DNA of 33,761 nucleotides from Oscillospiraceae bacterium (GCA_015069065.1 SVJI01000003.1:1-33761); one strand, 5' to 3'; counted from the stretch's first letter, positions 1 through 10,623 are shown. Translations and numbers: made by a program. Notes: a model not told the origin generated them from the sequence alone.

Positions 1-152
1 ACTTAAATGTGGAAGTTATTCTATTGTATTCCCACACTCTACATCAATTACGACTCTTACGTTAATGTAGTTTTTTATCTCCTTATTTCGGAATTTATCG
101 CCCTCTGCGTTAAACACCGTATGCTTCACAAAGTGCCTAAAATAAAGGATTT

Positions 153-1502
153 CTACGTATTTTGTCTTTGTAGCAAAACCACAGTCTCGACGTGGCTTGT
201 CTGCGGGAATTGGTCAAAGACGTGAGTTTCTCTTAATTTATAGCCGTACTTTGTCAGATGCTTTGCATCCCTTGCCATAGTAGCACAGTCACAGGAAACA
301 TAGACAATGCGTTTGGGGCACATTTTTCCTATTGCATCAAGGAGCTTTACATCACATCCCTTTCTCGGCGGGTCAAGAACTACTATGTCGGCAGTGTCCC
401 CCTGCTTAATAAGCGCAGGTGCAATTTCCTCTGCCGCGCCGCAATGAAACTCTGCATTCACGATTGAGTTAAGCTGAGCGTTCTCCCGTGCATTTTCAAC
501 GGCATCTTCAACAATCTCTATGCCCACAACCTTTTCCGCCGCTCTGGCAAGAAACAGACTGATGCTGCCTGTTCCGCAGTAGAGGTCAAATACTGTGCTG
601 TTTTTGTCACAATCGGCAAGCTCCAGTGCCTTTTCGTAGAGAAGCCTTGTAGTGTAGGAATTGACCTGATAAAAGCTTTTGTAATGAACCTTATATTTTA
701 CATCACCGATGCAGTCATACATATAAGGAACGCCGTAAATGACAATATTCGTTTCTCCGTAAACATTATTTGTCCGGTCGGGATTTATATTTATTACTAT
801 TCCCTTTACGAATGGAAAATCTCTGGTAATTTTATCAACAAGACCCTCTGTGGATGGCAGAGCTTTCTTTGAAACGAGAACGAGTACCGCCTCGTCTTTT
901 CCGCAGCGGACGCATATTCTGCGCAGTGTACCCTTGCCGCTTTCTTCATTATACACACTGATGCCCTCGGCACTTGCCCAGTTGCAGACAGCTTCTACGA
1001 GCTGATTGATGCGTTCATCCTGCAGTGAACATTCTTCGGGTACAACCACTCGATGGCTGTGGGGTGCATAAAACCCTGCCTTTACACCCTCCGGTGTCTG
1101 AATGACAGGGAATTGTGCTTTGTTCCTGTAATGATAGCACTTGGGACTTCCTGTAACACTGTTTATTTCAGCCTTTTCAAAACCACCTATTCTGCGTAAT
1201 GCCTGAAGTACAAGATTTTTTTTATACTCAAGCTGATGTGTGTAGAGAACACTTTGCATACTGCAGCCGCCGCATTTTTCAAAGATATCGCACTCAGGTT
1301 TTGTACGCAGCGGTGAAGGCTCAATTATTTCAAGCAGCTTACCGTAGCCGAAATTCTTATTTTCCTTGACAATGAGAATTCTCACTAAATCACCCTTTAC
1401 TGCGGAGGGAACAAAAACGGTGTAGCCCTCAGGCTTTGCAATACCCTCGCCGTTAGAGCCGAAATCTATTATTCTTACTGTATGTTCTGTATTTTTGTAC
1501 AT
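153..1502 (-). CDS. rlmD: 23S rRNA (uracil1939-C5)-methyltransferase
   Basis: N-terminal TRAM domain; 4Fe-4S motif CDIFEKCGGCSMQ; SFYQVN, DLYCGTG, DPPRKG, YVSC and DQFPQTSHVETV motifs. Confidence 0.95.
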   Translation of the reverse strand: MYKNTEHTVRIIDFGSNGEGIAKPEGYTVFVPSAVKGDLVRILIVKENKNFGYGKLLEIIEPSPLRTKPECDIFEKCGGCSMQSVLYTHQLEYKKNLVLQALRRIGGFEKAEINSVTGSPKCYHYRNKAQFPVIQTPEGVKAGFYAPHSHRVVVPEECSLQDERINQLVEAVCNWASAEGISVYNEESGKGTLRRICVRCGKDEAVLVLVSKKALPSTEGLVDKITRDFPFVKGIVININPDRTNNVYGETNIVIYGVPYMYDCIGDVKYKVHYKSFYQVNSYTTRLLYEKALELADCDKNSTVFDLYCGTGSISLFLARAAEKVVGIEIVEDAVENARENAQLNSIVNAEFHCGAAEEIAPALIKQGDTADIVVLDPPRKGCDVKLLDAIGKMCPKRIVYVSCDCATMARDAKHLTKYGYKLRETHVFDQFPQTSHVETVVLLQRQNT

Positions 1503-3418
1503 ATTTCTTTCTTCCTTTCAGGGGAGAGAAGTCTGTAGGAAAGGGGGGCAAGCTCAAGTGAAACTATGCCGCTTTCCGAAATAAGCTCACCGCTCAGGGA
1601 ATCCTTGACGGCACATACGTGCAGGTGCTCAAGCGATAAACTGATATGTGTGCTGCTCTCTGCGGCATTTATTAGCACAATTATATCTTCCCCATCGCAT
1701 TCCTTGCCGAAAACGTCTTTTCCGTTGTCAGTACCGCGCAGAAAGGCGGTAACACTACCCTGTGCATAAAGAGGCATATAAAATCCTGTTCTGAGAGCGG
1801 CGTTATTTTTACGCAGATGTGTAAAAAGCTTTATTTGGCGAGAAATTTCGTTTTCTGTGTTTTCCCAATCCATGGGCTTGCGGTTAAAGGGGTCTGCATA
1901 ACCGTGCATTTGTGCCTCGTCTCCGTAATAGACAGATGGCACCCCGGGTAGCGTCATCTGCAGTGCAACGGCAAGCACGGCCCGACGTTTTGCCAGATGA
2001 AGTTTTTCATCGGGAATCACATAATCGTGTTGCTCAATGCGTGACATACTGCGAAAATCGGGGGAATCTGCAAGGACGGTCAGCGCCCTTGGAACATCGT
2101 GGGATGAAATCAGATTCATTGCAGTGTAAAGAGACTGAAGAGGATAGTTTTCAATCATGGAGCCTATGCGCATGGAGAAAAGCCATGCATCACAGCCTGT
2201 CAGGTATCCAAGCACTGCTTCGCGAAATACGTAGTTCATTACACAGTCAAGCTCTTTTCCCCACAAAAATGCGCGCTGCTCTCCGTAGCTGACTTTATTG
2301 CTGGCATCCTCCCACACTTCACCCATAAGAAGTGCATCGGGATTTTCATTTTTCAGTGCAGAGCGGAGCTTTTCAATAAATTTGTCGGGCAATTCATCCG
2401 CCACGTCGAGGCGGAAGCCATCAGCACCGCGCCTGAGCCATTTGCGTATAACAGAGTCTTTCCCCTCGGCAATGTAGCGGACAAAATTTTCATCAAGCTC
2501 ATTTACGTTAGGGAGTGTTTCAAACCCCCACCATGAATCATATTTATTTGGAAAATCAGAAAAATTGTACCAACTGTAGTAGGGGGAATCCTTGCTCTGG
2601 TATGCACCCAGACTGCCGTAGGTGTTATATTTGTTGAAATATCTGCTGTCTGCTCCTGTGTGGCTGAATACACCGTCGAGGATTATTCTTATTCCCATCT
2701 TTTTTGCCGCAGCAGAGAGTTTTTTGAAATCCTCAACACTTCCTAAAAGCGGGTCGGGATTTTCATAATCACCTGTATCGTAGCGGTGATTTGAGAATGC
2801 TTTTGATATTGGGTTAAGATATATTGCTGTTATTCCAAGCTCCTTAAGGTAGGGGAGCTTTTGTCTTATGCCGTCAAAATTACCGCCGTAAAAATCATTG
2901 GACAGATATTCACCGCCAAATTGCTCGGCACGGTAGAAAGGCTCATCGGACCAATTATGCTTTATCCCGTGAAAGGGGGTTTCTTCACCGCGGAAGAATC
3001 TGTCAGGGAAAATCTGGTAAACCACCGCGTTTTTCATCCAGTCGGGAGTTTCGTAATCCTTTGTGTGAACCGTTATCTGGAATTTGCTTTCGGGCGGGTT
3101 ATCATACATGCCGCCCTCACCGCCCAGATGCAGACTATTGTTTCCGTAATAGGCGCAATTACCGTCTGCAAGTGCATAAAATGAGTAAAAGAGAAGCCCC
3201 GGCGAAGATGGAGTTTCGATAATACACTCATACATACGGATGCCGCTCAGGTTGAAAACAAAGTGCATGGGAATTTCTTCGCCTGATATGATACAGCAAA
3301 CCTTTTGAGGCGCGGCAAAAGACTCTACCGCAAGGCGGAGAGTTATTTTTGTATCTACACTGCAAGCTCCGACAGGATTTCTGTAGAGAAGCTCGCGGGA
3401 ATTATGCTCTAAACGCAA
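1475..3418 (-). CDS. GH13 alpha-amylase family hydrolase (neopullulanase/cyclomaltodextrinase-like)
   Basis: YQIFPDRF, GGNFDGI, DGVFSH, GFRLDVADEL (nucleophile D), GEVWED and SSHD motifs; TTG start after an AGAGGTG RBS; overlaps the rlmD start by 28 nt. Confidence 0.92.
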   Translation of the reverse strand: MRLEHNSRELLYRNPVGACSVDTKITLRLAVESFAAPQKVCCIISGEEIPMHFVFNLSGIRMYECIIETPSSPGLLFYSFYALADGNCAYYGNNSLHLGGEGGMYDNPPESKFQITVHTKDYETPDWMKNAVVYQIFPDRFFRGEETPFHGIKHNWSDEPFYRAEQFGGEYLSNDFYGGNFDGIRQKLPYLKELGITAIYLNPISKAFSNHRYDTGDYENPDPLLGSVEDFKKLSAAAKKMGIRIILDGVFSHTGADSRYFNKYNTYGSLGAYQSKDSPYYSWYNFSDFPNKYDSWWGFETLPNVNELDENFVRYIAEGKDSVIRKWLRRGADGFRLDVADELPDKFIEKLRSALKNENPDALLMGEVWEDASNKVSYGEQRAFLWGKELDCVMNYVFREAVLGYLTGCDAWLFSMRIGSMIENYPLQSLYTAMNLISSHDVPRALTVLADSPDFRSMSRIEQHDYVIPDEKLHLAKRRAVLAVALQMTLPGVPSVYYGDEAQMHGYADPFNRKPMDWENTENEISRQIKLFTHLRKNNAALRTGFYMPLYAQGSVTAFLRGTDNGKDVFGKECDGEDIIVLINAAESSTHISLSLEHLHVCAVKDSLSGELISESGIVSLELAPLSYRLLSPERKKEICTKIQNIQ

Positions 3419-3475
3419 AGCAAATCACCTCTTTATAATATTATAAACGATTTTTCGTAAAAGGCAATAAATTTC

Positions 3476-3504
3476 TTGTAAAAACGGCTTTTATACTATA
3501 TAAT
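3476..3504 (+). promoter_or_regulatory. Sigma-A type promoter for the THUMP methyltransferase gene
   Basis: TTGTAA-17 bp-TATAAT, 30 nt upstream of ATG 3535. Confidence 0.6.
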
Positions 3505-3534
3505 AATAAGGATAAAGTATAAGGGGGAAGACTT

Positions 3535-4659
3535 ATGGCAGGAAGTAGACTGCTTCTTACGGTGCCCACATTTTTCGGAACTGAATCAATACTTGCCCAC
3601 GAGGTGCGTTCGCTTGGTTACGAAACGACGGAGGTTACCGACGGTAAGGTAACTTTTGAGGGCGATTTTGAGGCAATTGCTCTGGCAAACGTGAATATAC
3701 GCTGCGGTCAGCGCGTGCTGATTAAAATGGCGCAGTTTACTGCCGAAACCTTTGAAGAATTGTTCGAGGGCGTGAATAAAATCCGCTGGGAACAGTTTAT
3801 TCAGAAGGATTGTGCATTTCCGGTTAAGGGAAGCTCCCTTAAAAGCGTTCTTTCCAGTGTGCCTGCCTGTACAAGCATAGTGAAAAAGGCTGTGGTAAAA
3901 AGGCTGGTGGAAAAATACGGCATTGAGTATTTTGAGGAAACAGGTCCGATGATGCGCATACAATTTACTATTATGCGTAACACGGTTACAATATATCTTG
4001 ACACCACAGGTGAGCCTCTTTATAAACGCGGCTACAGGGAAAAGGGAGTTGTAGCTCCAATGCGTGAAACACTGGCTTTTGCCATGGTGGATATAACCAG
4101 ATGGCGAGGTGACAGGCCATTTGCAGACCCCTTTTGCGGCAGCGGTACAATCCCCATTGAGGCAGCTCTTTATGCAAAGAAGATTGCCCCCGGTCTGAGG
4201 CGCAGCTTTGTGAGCGAAAAGTGGAGGATTATGGGGCAGGGTATTTACGAGGATGTCCGGGAGGAGGCACGAAGCCTCATTGACAGAGAGCTTCAGCCCA
4301 GAATATATGCATCGGACATAGACAGTGCTGCCGTGTCACTTGCCAAGGAGAATGCACGCAAAGCAGGGGTGCTTGAATATATAGATTTTTCAGTGTGTGA
4401 TGCTGCAAAAGCGCCACTTTTTACCGATAAGGGCGTGATTGTATGTAACCCACCCTATGGCGAGCGGCTTATGGATAATACAAGCTGCGAATCATTGTAC
4501 AGGAAAATAGGACGGCATTTCTCGCAGTTTGATAATGCAGGCAAGTATATTCTTACCAGTCATGAGGGCTTTGAAGATTGCTACGGAAAGGCAGCAGACA
4601 AAAAGAGAAAACTTTATAACGGAATGTTAAAATGTTATTTATATCAATATTTTAGATGA
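3535..4659 (+). CDS. THUMP-domain class I SAM-dependent RNA methyltransferase (RlmL/YpsC-like)
   Basis: THUMP region, LYKRGYR, APMRETLA, DPFCGSGTIPIEA and CNPPYGERL motifs. Confidence 0.92.
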   Translation: MAGSRLLLTVPTFFGTESILAHEVRSLGYETTEVTDGKVTFEGDFEAIALANVNIRCGQRVLIKMAQFTAETFEELFEGVNKIRWEQFIQKDCAFPVKGSSLKSVLSSVPACTSIVKKAVVKRLVEKYGIEYFEETGPMMRIQFTIMRNTVTIYLDTTGEPLYKRGYREKGVVAPMRETLAFAMVDITRWRGDRPFADPFCGSGTIPIEAALYAKKIAPGLRRSFVSEKWRIMGQGIYEDVREEARSLIDRELQPRIYASDIDSAAVSLAKENARKAGVLEYIDFSVCDAAKAPLFTDKGVIVCNPPYGERLMDNTSCESLYRKIGRHFSQFDNAGKYILTSHEGFEDCYGKAADKKRKLYNGMLKCYLYQYFR

Positions 4660-4702
4660 TAAAAAAGTCTTACCGCGCATACCTTGTAGAGAGGTGAGCG
4701 TG

Positions 4703-4912
4703 ATGAAGATGAATGAAAGATTAAGAAAATTCTTACTGTCACTTGCATACCGCACTATCGCGGCGGTAGTATTGTTTGCAGTGCTGTGGGTGCTTCGGGA
4801 TATTTCAAAAACGGCACTGGAGAAGGTAAGTGCGGTGTGGACCAAAAATACGGATATTAAAAAGGCGGCAGAGCTTCTGTCTGAGCTTATGAGGATGAGT
4901 GTGCCTTTTTAA
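4703..4912 (+). CDS. Small hypothetical single-TM protein
   Basis: GAGGTG RBS at 4691-4696; one hydrophobic segment; fills the gap between co-oriented genes. Start codon uncertain (4694/4700/4703). Confidence 0.55.
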   Translation: MKMNERLRKFLLSLAYRTIAAVVLFAVLWVLRDISKTALEKVSAVWTKNTDIKKAAELLSELMRMSVPF

Positions 4913-4935
4913 AAGAAGAAAAACAGGAGAAAATT

Positions 4936-6786
4936 ATGAGTATAAAAAATCTGGACAAGCTTTTGTCACGTGTACAGAAAGCCACCCACTACAGCGGAGG
5001 GGAGCTTAACAGTGTAATAAAGAATCCTGACGAGGTTGAAATCAGGTATGCATTTGCATTTCCTGACACCTACGAGGTAGGAATGAGCCATCTGGGAATG
5101 AAAATTCTTTACCACATACTTAATATGCGTCAGGATACCTATTGTGAAAGGGTTTTTGCACCGTGGATTGACATGGAGGAGGAAATGCGTAAGGAGGGTG
5201 TACCCCTCTTTTCAAATGAAACCCACACTCCTGTCAGGGAATTTGATTTTTTAGGAATAACACTGCAGTATGAGATGTGTTATTCAAACATTCTGAATAT
5301 GCTGGAGCTTTCGGGTATTCCCCTGCGCTCTGTGGACAGGGGGGAGGATGACCCATTTGTAAATGCAGGTGGCCCCTGTGCATATAATCCCGAACCGCTT
5401 GCAGATATTGTTGACTTTTTCACCATGGGCGAGGGTGAGGAAGTCATCGGCGAGCTTATGGATGCCTTTAAAGAGTGGAAGAAATCAGGCGGGAGGAGAA
5501 TCGATTACTTAAAGCGTATTGCGCAGATTGAGGGTATATATGTCCCCTGCTTGTATGATGTTGAGTATAACGAGGATAACACAATCAGAAGTATCACTCC
5601 CAATTGTCCTGAGGCAAAGCCCAGAATAAAGAAAAGAATTATATCAGACCTTGATAAGGTTGTATTCCCCGATAAATTCATAGTTCCGTTCTGTGATATA
5701 GTGCATGACAGGTCAAACATTGAGGTTTTCCGTGGATGTATCCGCGGCTGCAGATTTTGTCAGGCAGGAATGATTTACCGTCCTGTCCGTGAAAAATCAC
5801 CCGACACGCTTCTTATGGATGCCTGCGCGCTTATCAATTCAACAGGCTATGAGGAAATGGGGCTTTCGAGTCTGTCAACAAGTGACTATACGCGTCTGGA
5901 GGAGCTTACGGACAAGCTTTTGGAGCTTACAGAAAAGGAAAAGGTAAGCTTGTCGTTGCCGTCGTTGAGGGTGGATAATTTCAGCCTTGATTTAATGCAG
6001 CGCGTCCAGAAGGTGCGTAAGAGCGGACTTACCTTTGCCCCTGAGGCAGGAAGTCAGCGTATGCGTGACGTTATAAATAAAAATGTAGAGGAAAAAGACC
6101 TTATAAAATCAGCTACACTTGCCTTTGAGGGCGGATGGAGCAATGTAAAGCTGTATTTCATGATAGGACTTCCCTATGAGGAGTATGACGATATCGCAGG
6201 AATAGCACGCCTTGCCGAAAAGGTGGTTGATTGTTATTACCAAAGTGATAAAACAAATAAGAGGCGACCTGTCAGCGTGCATCTGAGTGTGGCAGGCTTT
6301 GTGCCAAAGCCCTTTACTCCATTCCAGTGGGCGGCACAAAATACCATGGAGGAGCTTTCCGAGAAACAGCAGTTCCTTAAAAATGAAATCAGAAACAGAA
6401 AAATCCGCTACAACTATCACCAGAGTGATATAAGCGTGCTTGAGGGCGTTTTTGCCAGAGGTGACAGACGTTTGGGAGAGGTGCTTATCCGCGCCCACGA
6501 AAAAGGATGTAAGCTTGACGGATGGAACGAATGCTTTAACCTTGATGCATGGAAGCAGGCGTTTGATGAATGTAATATTGATATGGCATTTTATACACGC
6601 GCCAGAGAGTATGATGAAATTCTCCCCTGGGATATTGTGGATATAGGTGTTTCACGTGAGTTTATGATAAGTGAAAACGAAAAGGCTAAAAAAGCCGCGA
6701 CAACGCCTAACTGCCGCGAAAAATGCAGTGGCTGCGGAGCGGCTGCACTGTGCAAAACGAAGGAGAGGTGTGTCTGCTTTGAATAA
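4936..6786 (+). CDS. TIGR03960-type B12-binding radical SAM protein
   Basis: FPDTYEVGMSHLG, AGGPCAYNPEP, CxxxCxxC (CIRGCRFC), FVPKPFTPFQW and C-terminal CxxxCxxCG; AGGAG RBS. Confidence 0.92.
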   Translation: MSIKNLDKLLSRVQKATHYSGGELNSVIKNPDEVEIRYAFAFPDTYEVGMSHLGMKILYHILNMRQDTYCERVFAPWIDMEEEMRKEGVPLFSNETHTPVREFDFLGITLQYEMCYSNILNMLELSGIPLRSVDRGEDDPFVNAGGPCAYNPEPLADIVDFFTMGEGEEVIGELMDAFKEWKKSGGRRIDYLKRIAQIEGIYVPCLYDVEYNEDNTIRSITPNCPEAKPRIKKRIISDLDKVVFPDKFIVPFCDIVHDRSNIEVFRGCIRGCRFCQAGMIYRPVREKSPDTLLMDACALINSTGYEEMGLSSLSTSDYTRLEELTDKLLELTEKEKVSLSLPSLRVDNFSLDLMQRVQKVRKSGLTFAPEAGSQRMRDVINKNVEEKDLIKSATLAFEGGWSNVKLYFMIGLPYEEYDDIAGIARLAEKVVDCYYQSDKTNKRRPVSVHLSVAGFVPKPFTPFQWAAQNTMEELSEKQQFLKNEIRNRKIRYNYHQSDISVLEGVFARGDRRLGEVLIRAHEKGCKLDGWNECFNLDAWKQAFDECNIDMAFYTRAREYDEILPWDIVDIGVSREFMISENEKAKKAATTPNCREKCSGCGAAALCKTKERCVCFE

Positions 6787-7405
6787 TTATTACATGCGAT
6801 ATGAGAAAACAGAAAATGCAAAGTATGTATCCCATCTGGATTTTGTAAGAATGTTTGGCAGAGCGATGCGCAGAGCGCATCTTCCCATCGCGTATTCAGA
6901 GGGATTTAATCCGCATCCGCTCCTCGGATTTGCGCTGCCCTTGTCTGTTGGCTATACCAGTGAGTGCGAGCTTCTTGAAATCACGCTGACAGAGGCAGTT
7001 CCCTGTGAGGAAATTATGCATAGGCTCAACAGTGTTTTACCCATTGGGGTAAAAATAAACGAAGTTTTTGAGGGGAAAAGCCGCATGAAAAAGCTGGAAA
7101 TTGCGCGCTATGCCGTTTACCCCGAAAAAACGCCGTCGGGAATTGCTCTGTTTATGGCGATGGATGAAATCCGTATAGACAAAAAGACGAAGAGCGGAGT
7201 TAAGGAATGTGATATTCGCCCTGATATAAAGGATATAAAGGTAACATGTGGGAAAATAGAAATGGTTCTCAGTGCAGGAAGTCGTGCCAATCTGAAGCCC
7301 GAGGTAGTTATAAGTGCTATGAATAAGTATATTTCGGGGTATTCAAGCGGTGATTGCCACTATCACAGAATGGAAATTTACGATGCGGATATGAATATTA
7401 TCTGA
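6779..7405 (+). CDS. TIGR03936/DUF2344 radical SAM-linked protein
   Basis: YVSHLDF..RAMRRA.LPIAYSEGFNPHP signature; usual partner of TIGR03960. TTG 6779 after GAGGTG preferred over the ORF-track start 6671. Confidence 0.88.
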   Translation: MNNYYMRYEKTENAKYVSHLDFVRMFGRAMRRAHLPIAYSEGFNPHPLLGFALPLSVGYTSECELLEITLTEAVPCEEIMHRLNSVLPIGVKINEVFEGKSRMKKLEIARYAVYPEKTPSGIALFMAMDEIRIDKKTKSGVKECDIRPDIKDIKVTCGKIEMVLSAGSRANLKPEVVISAMNKYISGYSSGDCHYHRMEIYDADMNII

Positions 7406-7428
7406 TTGTAAATTTTAGTCCCCTCTGC

Positions 7429-7457
7429 TTGCACATGAAAAAAACTTGTGTTATACT
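7429..7457 (+). promoter_or_regulatory. Sigma-A type promoter
   Basis: TTGCAC-17 bp-TATACT with extended -10 TG, upstream of the AGGAGG RBS of the 7491 gene. Confidence 0.6.
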
Positions 7458-7490
7458 TACTATAAATGTTTACTTAGGAGGAAAAAGAAA

Positions 7491-8399
7491 ATGGCAGGCT
7501 TTTTCGGATTTTTCGATTATACAAAGCCCGGAAAGGGTCTTAGTAAGGAAGATGTTGACAAGAAAGGCGTCGCACTGTATTTTGATATACTGGGAAGAAG
7601 ATTCTGGAAATTTATTCAGCTTAATCTACTGTTTCTCGCAGCATCAATTCCTGCGATAATAATAGGCTGGCTTATATCATTGTTTGGGGTGACGTGGCTT
7701 GCGGCACTTTCGCAGGTTGAACTCAGTCAGGAGTGGATTAACGGACTCACTCTGCTCGGAGCATTCGTGACGGTTATATTTTTGCAGTTATGCGGCAGCG
7801 GACCTGCAAGTGCAGGCATGAGCTATGTTCTGCGTAAATATGCCAACGATACTCATTCATGGGTATGGAGCGATTTTTGGGATAATTTCAAGAGTAACTT
7901 TAAGCAGTCTGTGGCAGTATATATTATCAATGTATTTGTTACCTGCATCATGGCGGTAAGCTTCGTTTTCTACCGAAGAGTTATGGAGGGGTTTTCCGCA
8001 ACACTGCTGTCAACTGTTATCGCAATAGCTTTTGCTATATTTTATATGATGCAGATGTACACATATCAGCTTATGGTAAGCTTTGAGCTTAAACTAAAGG
8101 ATATATATCGTAATGCACTGATTCTTGTCCTTGCCAAGCTGCCGTGGAATGTTCTTACTGTGGTTGTGACATTCTTTTTATTCCGCGGACTTTTTGCACT
8201 TGCCATGTCAGTGCCGATTGGTGCAGTAGCTATTGTTTTTGTGATTTTTTACGTTCTTGTAAATTTCACTCAGATATTTATGTCTAACAACGTTATTAAA
8301 AAGCTCTTGCTTGAACCTGCACTGGAAAGGACGCAGAACGATTCTGCTGAAGAAACAGAGACAGAAGAAACAGCGGAAGAAGAAAATACGGAAGAATGA
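7491..8399 (+). CDS. YesL/DUF624 family membrane protein
   Basis: MAGFFGFFDYTKPGKG N-terminus, GPASAGMSYVLR and DFWDNFKSNFKQ motifs, several TM helices; AGGAGG RBS supports ATG 7491. Confidence 0.8.
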   Translation: MAGFFGFFDYTKPGKGLSKEDVDKKGVALYFDILGRRFWKFIQLNLLFLAASIPAIIIGWLISLFGVTWLAALSQVELSQEWINGLTLLGAFVTVIFLQLCGSGPASAGMSYVLRKYANDTHSWVWSDFWDNFKSNFKQSVAVYIINVFVTCIMAVSFVFYRRVMEGFSATLLSTVIAIAFAIFYMMQMYTYQLMVSFELKLKDIYRNALILVLAKLPWNVLTVVVTFFLFRGLFALAMSVPIGAVAIVFVIFYVLVNFTQIFMSNNVIKKLLLEPALERTQNDSAEETETEETAEEENTEE

Positions 8400-8405
8400 T
8401 TTTTT

Positions 8406-9887
8406 ATGAAGAAACAAAGCTTTGTTCATGGAGCGGCGGTTTTGGCCGCCGCTTCTATTTTATGTAAAATAATGAGTGCAGCACTCAAAATACCGCTTGA
8501 CCGTTTTTTTCTGCATGAAGAGGGTATAGCAGTTTACCAGAGTGCGTATTCCATTTATAACGTTTTTCTTGCAATTTGTGTGACAGGAATCCCCATTGCA
8601 CTCTCCAGCCTTGTTGCAGGAAGTGACAAGCGGGAGGCTGCAACGTTGTGCAAATCCACCTTTGTTGTGATAACCGTGTTTTCCGGCTTGGGAGGAGTGC
8701 TTTTGTTCCTGTTTGCAAATCCGCTGGCAAGACTCCTTTCGGGCGGAGGACGCCCTGTGGCGGCGCTTTCCTTAATGATACTCTCTGCAGCACTTCCTTT
8801 GATGGGATTTATAAGCTCGCGCAGGGGGTATTTTCAGGGAATCGGGAATATGACTCCGTCGGCACTTAGTCAGCTTGCAGAAAGTCTGGCAAAGGTTGTT
8901 CTGGGAATAGGCATTTGTGCTCTCCTTGTGGGAAAAGGCATTTCCTACGGTGCCGCAGGTGCGATTTGCGGTGTTACGATTGGCGCATTTGCAGCGGCAA
9001 TGGTGCTTGAAATATATTTTCGCCGTGAAAAATGCGAAAAGGGAAGCTTCTCCATGCAAAAGGCTCTTTTGGTGGTTAAAACCTCTATCCCCATGACCTT
9101 GGGTGCTTTTGGTTTTACAGCGGTACTGCTGACAGACACTCTTACTGTTCCGAAGTTGCTTGCCGTAGCAGGGGTGGAAACATTGGACAGGCTCAGGATG
9201 TTTGGCTATCTGACACGCGCAAACACCGTATATAATCTTCCTGCTACGATAATTACAGCATTTACGGCGAGTGCCGTACCTGCCATTGCGGCAGCGCGTG
9301 CGGAAAATAACGAAAAGTCACTGGGGGAAAATTCGCTTAAGGCAATAACTCTTATCTTTCTGGCAGCGATGCCCTGTACGCTCGGCATGGTTTTGTTTTC
9401 TCGTGAAATATTGACACTTCTCTATTCTTCGGGGGTGTACAGTATTCTCCTTGCGATGACAGGGGTGATGGTTCTCATCATGCCCTATATACAAACATCT
9501 ACGGCGATGCTTCAGACCTTGGGAAAGGTATGGGCGCCCATCCTTGTAAGCGGTGGGGCAGTTGTTTTAAAAGCCGTGCTGAATTTTGCCCTGATACCTG
9601 CTTTGGGAGTAGTGGGAGCTACAGTTGCAACTGTAGCAGCATTTTTGCCCGCACTTGTTATAAATACGGTCATGCTTTCTAAGTCGGTTTCGCTCAAAGG
9701 AGCAGGGATTGTTCTTTGTAAAATTGCTTTTTGCAGTGTTGCTGCGTGCACTGCGGCAAAGCTCATATACGTTTTGACAGGCGGTACTTTGGCACTTTTG
9801 GGCTCGCTTGGTGCTGCAGTTATAATATACGGTATTCTCGTGGTATTATTAAGGTGTATTACCGCAGAAGATTTAAGGGGAAAGTAA
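8406..9887 (+). CDS. MOP-superfamily flippase / polysaccharide biosynthesis protein (SpoVB/YabM-like)
   Basis: MKKQSFVHGAAVL start, GIPIALS and RGYFQG motifs, many TM helices; lies upstream of mazG and hup as in the Firmicutes yabM-yabN-hup order. Confidence 0.85.
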   Translation: MKKQSFVHGAAVLAAASILCKIMSAALKIPLDRFFLHEEGIAVYQSAYSIYNVFLAICVTGIPIALSSLVAGSDKREAATLCKSTFVVITVFSGLGGVLLFLFANPLARLLSGGGRPVAALSLMILSAALPLMGFISSRRGYFQGIGNMTPSALSQLAESLAKVVLGIGICALLVGKGISYGAAGAICGVTIGAFAAAMVLEIYFRREKCEKGSFSMQKALLVVKTSIPMTLGAFGFTAVLLTDTLTVPKLLAVAGVETLDRLRMFGYLTRANTVYNLPATIITAFTASAVPAIAAARAENNEKSLGENSLKAITLIFLAAMPCTLGMVLFSREILTLLYSSGVYSILLAMTGVMVLIMPYIQTSTAMLQTLGKVWAPILVSGGAVVLKAVLNFALIPALGVVGATVATVAAFLPALVINTVMLSKSVSLKGAGIVLCKIAFCSVAACTAAKLIYVLTGGTLALLGSLGAAVIIYGILVVLLRCITAEDLRGK

Positions 9888-9889
9888 AT

Positions 9890-10531
9890 ATGAAAAAGAA
9901 AAAGGATTTTTATGAATTGTGTAATATAGTGGAAAAGCTTCGCGCTCCTGAAGGATGTCCGTGGGACAGTGAACAGACTCATAAAACCCTCGCAAAGCAT
10001 TTGTTGGAGGAGGCATATGAGGCGTGCGATGCCATTGATGACGCAGTGCCTGAGAAAATGGCAGATGAACTGGGAGATGTTTTGCTGCAGGTTGTTATGC
10101 ATGCGCAAATCGGTAAGGAAGAGGGAACGTTTGATATTGACGATGTCACAGATGCAATATCAAATAAAATGATAGAGCGACATCCTCATGTTTTTGGAGA
10201 TGTCAGCGTCAAAAACAGTCAGGAGGTATTAGATAACTGGGAGGAGATAAAGAAGACTCAGCGCGGGCAAAAAAGCGCTTATGAGGCAATGCTTTCTGTA
10301 ACCAAATCTCTGCCTGCACTATCTAAAACGGAGAAAATTATAGGCAAGGCAGTAAAGGCGGGACTTTACTGCACAGAGGATATCCCCACCTTTGCAGCAG
10401 ACGAAATAGGTGAGCGGTTGTTTGAGCTTTGCGCACTTGCCTATATGAATGGAATTGACGCGGAAGAGGAACTTAGTGCCTATACGAAAAAATTTATCAA
10501 AAATTTGAAGAATATTGCAGAAAACACTTGA
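9890..10531 (+). CDS. mazG: MazG family nucleoside triphosphate pyrophosphohydrolase
   Basis: LRAPEGCPWDSEQTH, EEAYE, DELGDVLLQVV, RHPHVFG and NWEEIK motifs; ATG 9890 preferred over 9731. Confidence 0.9.
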   Translation: MKKKKDFYELCNIVEKLRAPEGCPWDSEQTHKTLAKHLLEEAYEACDAIDDAVPEKMADELGDVLLQVVMHAQIGKEEGTFDIDDVTDAISNKMIERHPHVFGDVSVKNSQEVLDNWEEIKKTQRGQKSAYEAMLSVTKSLPALSKTEKIIGKAVKAGLYCTEDIPTFAADEIGERLFELCALAYMNGIDAEEELSAYTKKFIKNLKNIAENT

Positions 10532-10556
10532 ATATGGCAAAATCTTATGATATTAT
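10528..10556 (+). promoter_or_regulatory. Sigma-A type promoter of hup
   Basis: TTGAAT-17 bp-TATTAT with extended -10 TG. Confidence 0.6.
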
Positions 10557-10623
10557 ATGAAAGACGGAATGTTGCGAATAGGTAGCAAGACATATTAAAT
10601 AATATATTTTAGGAGGAGAAATT

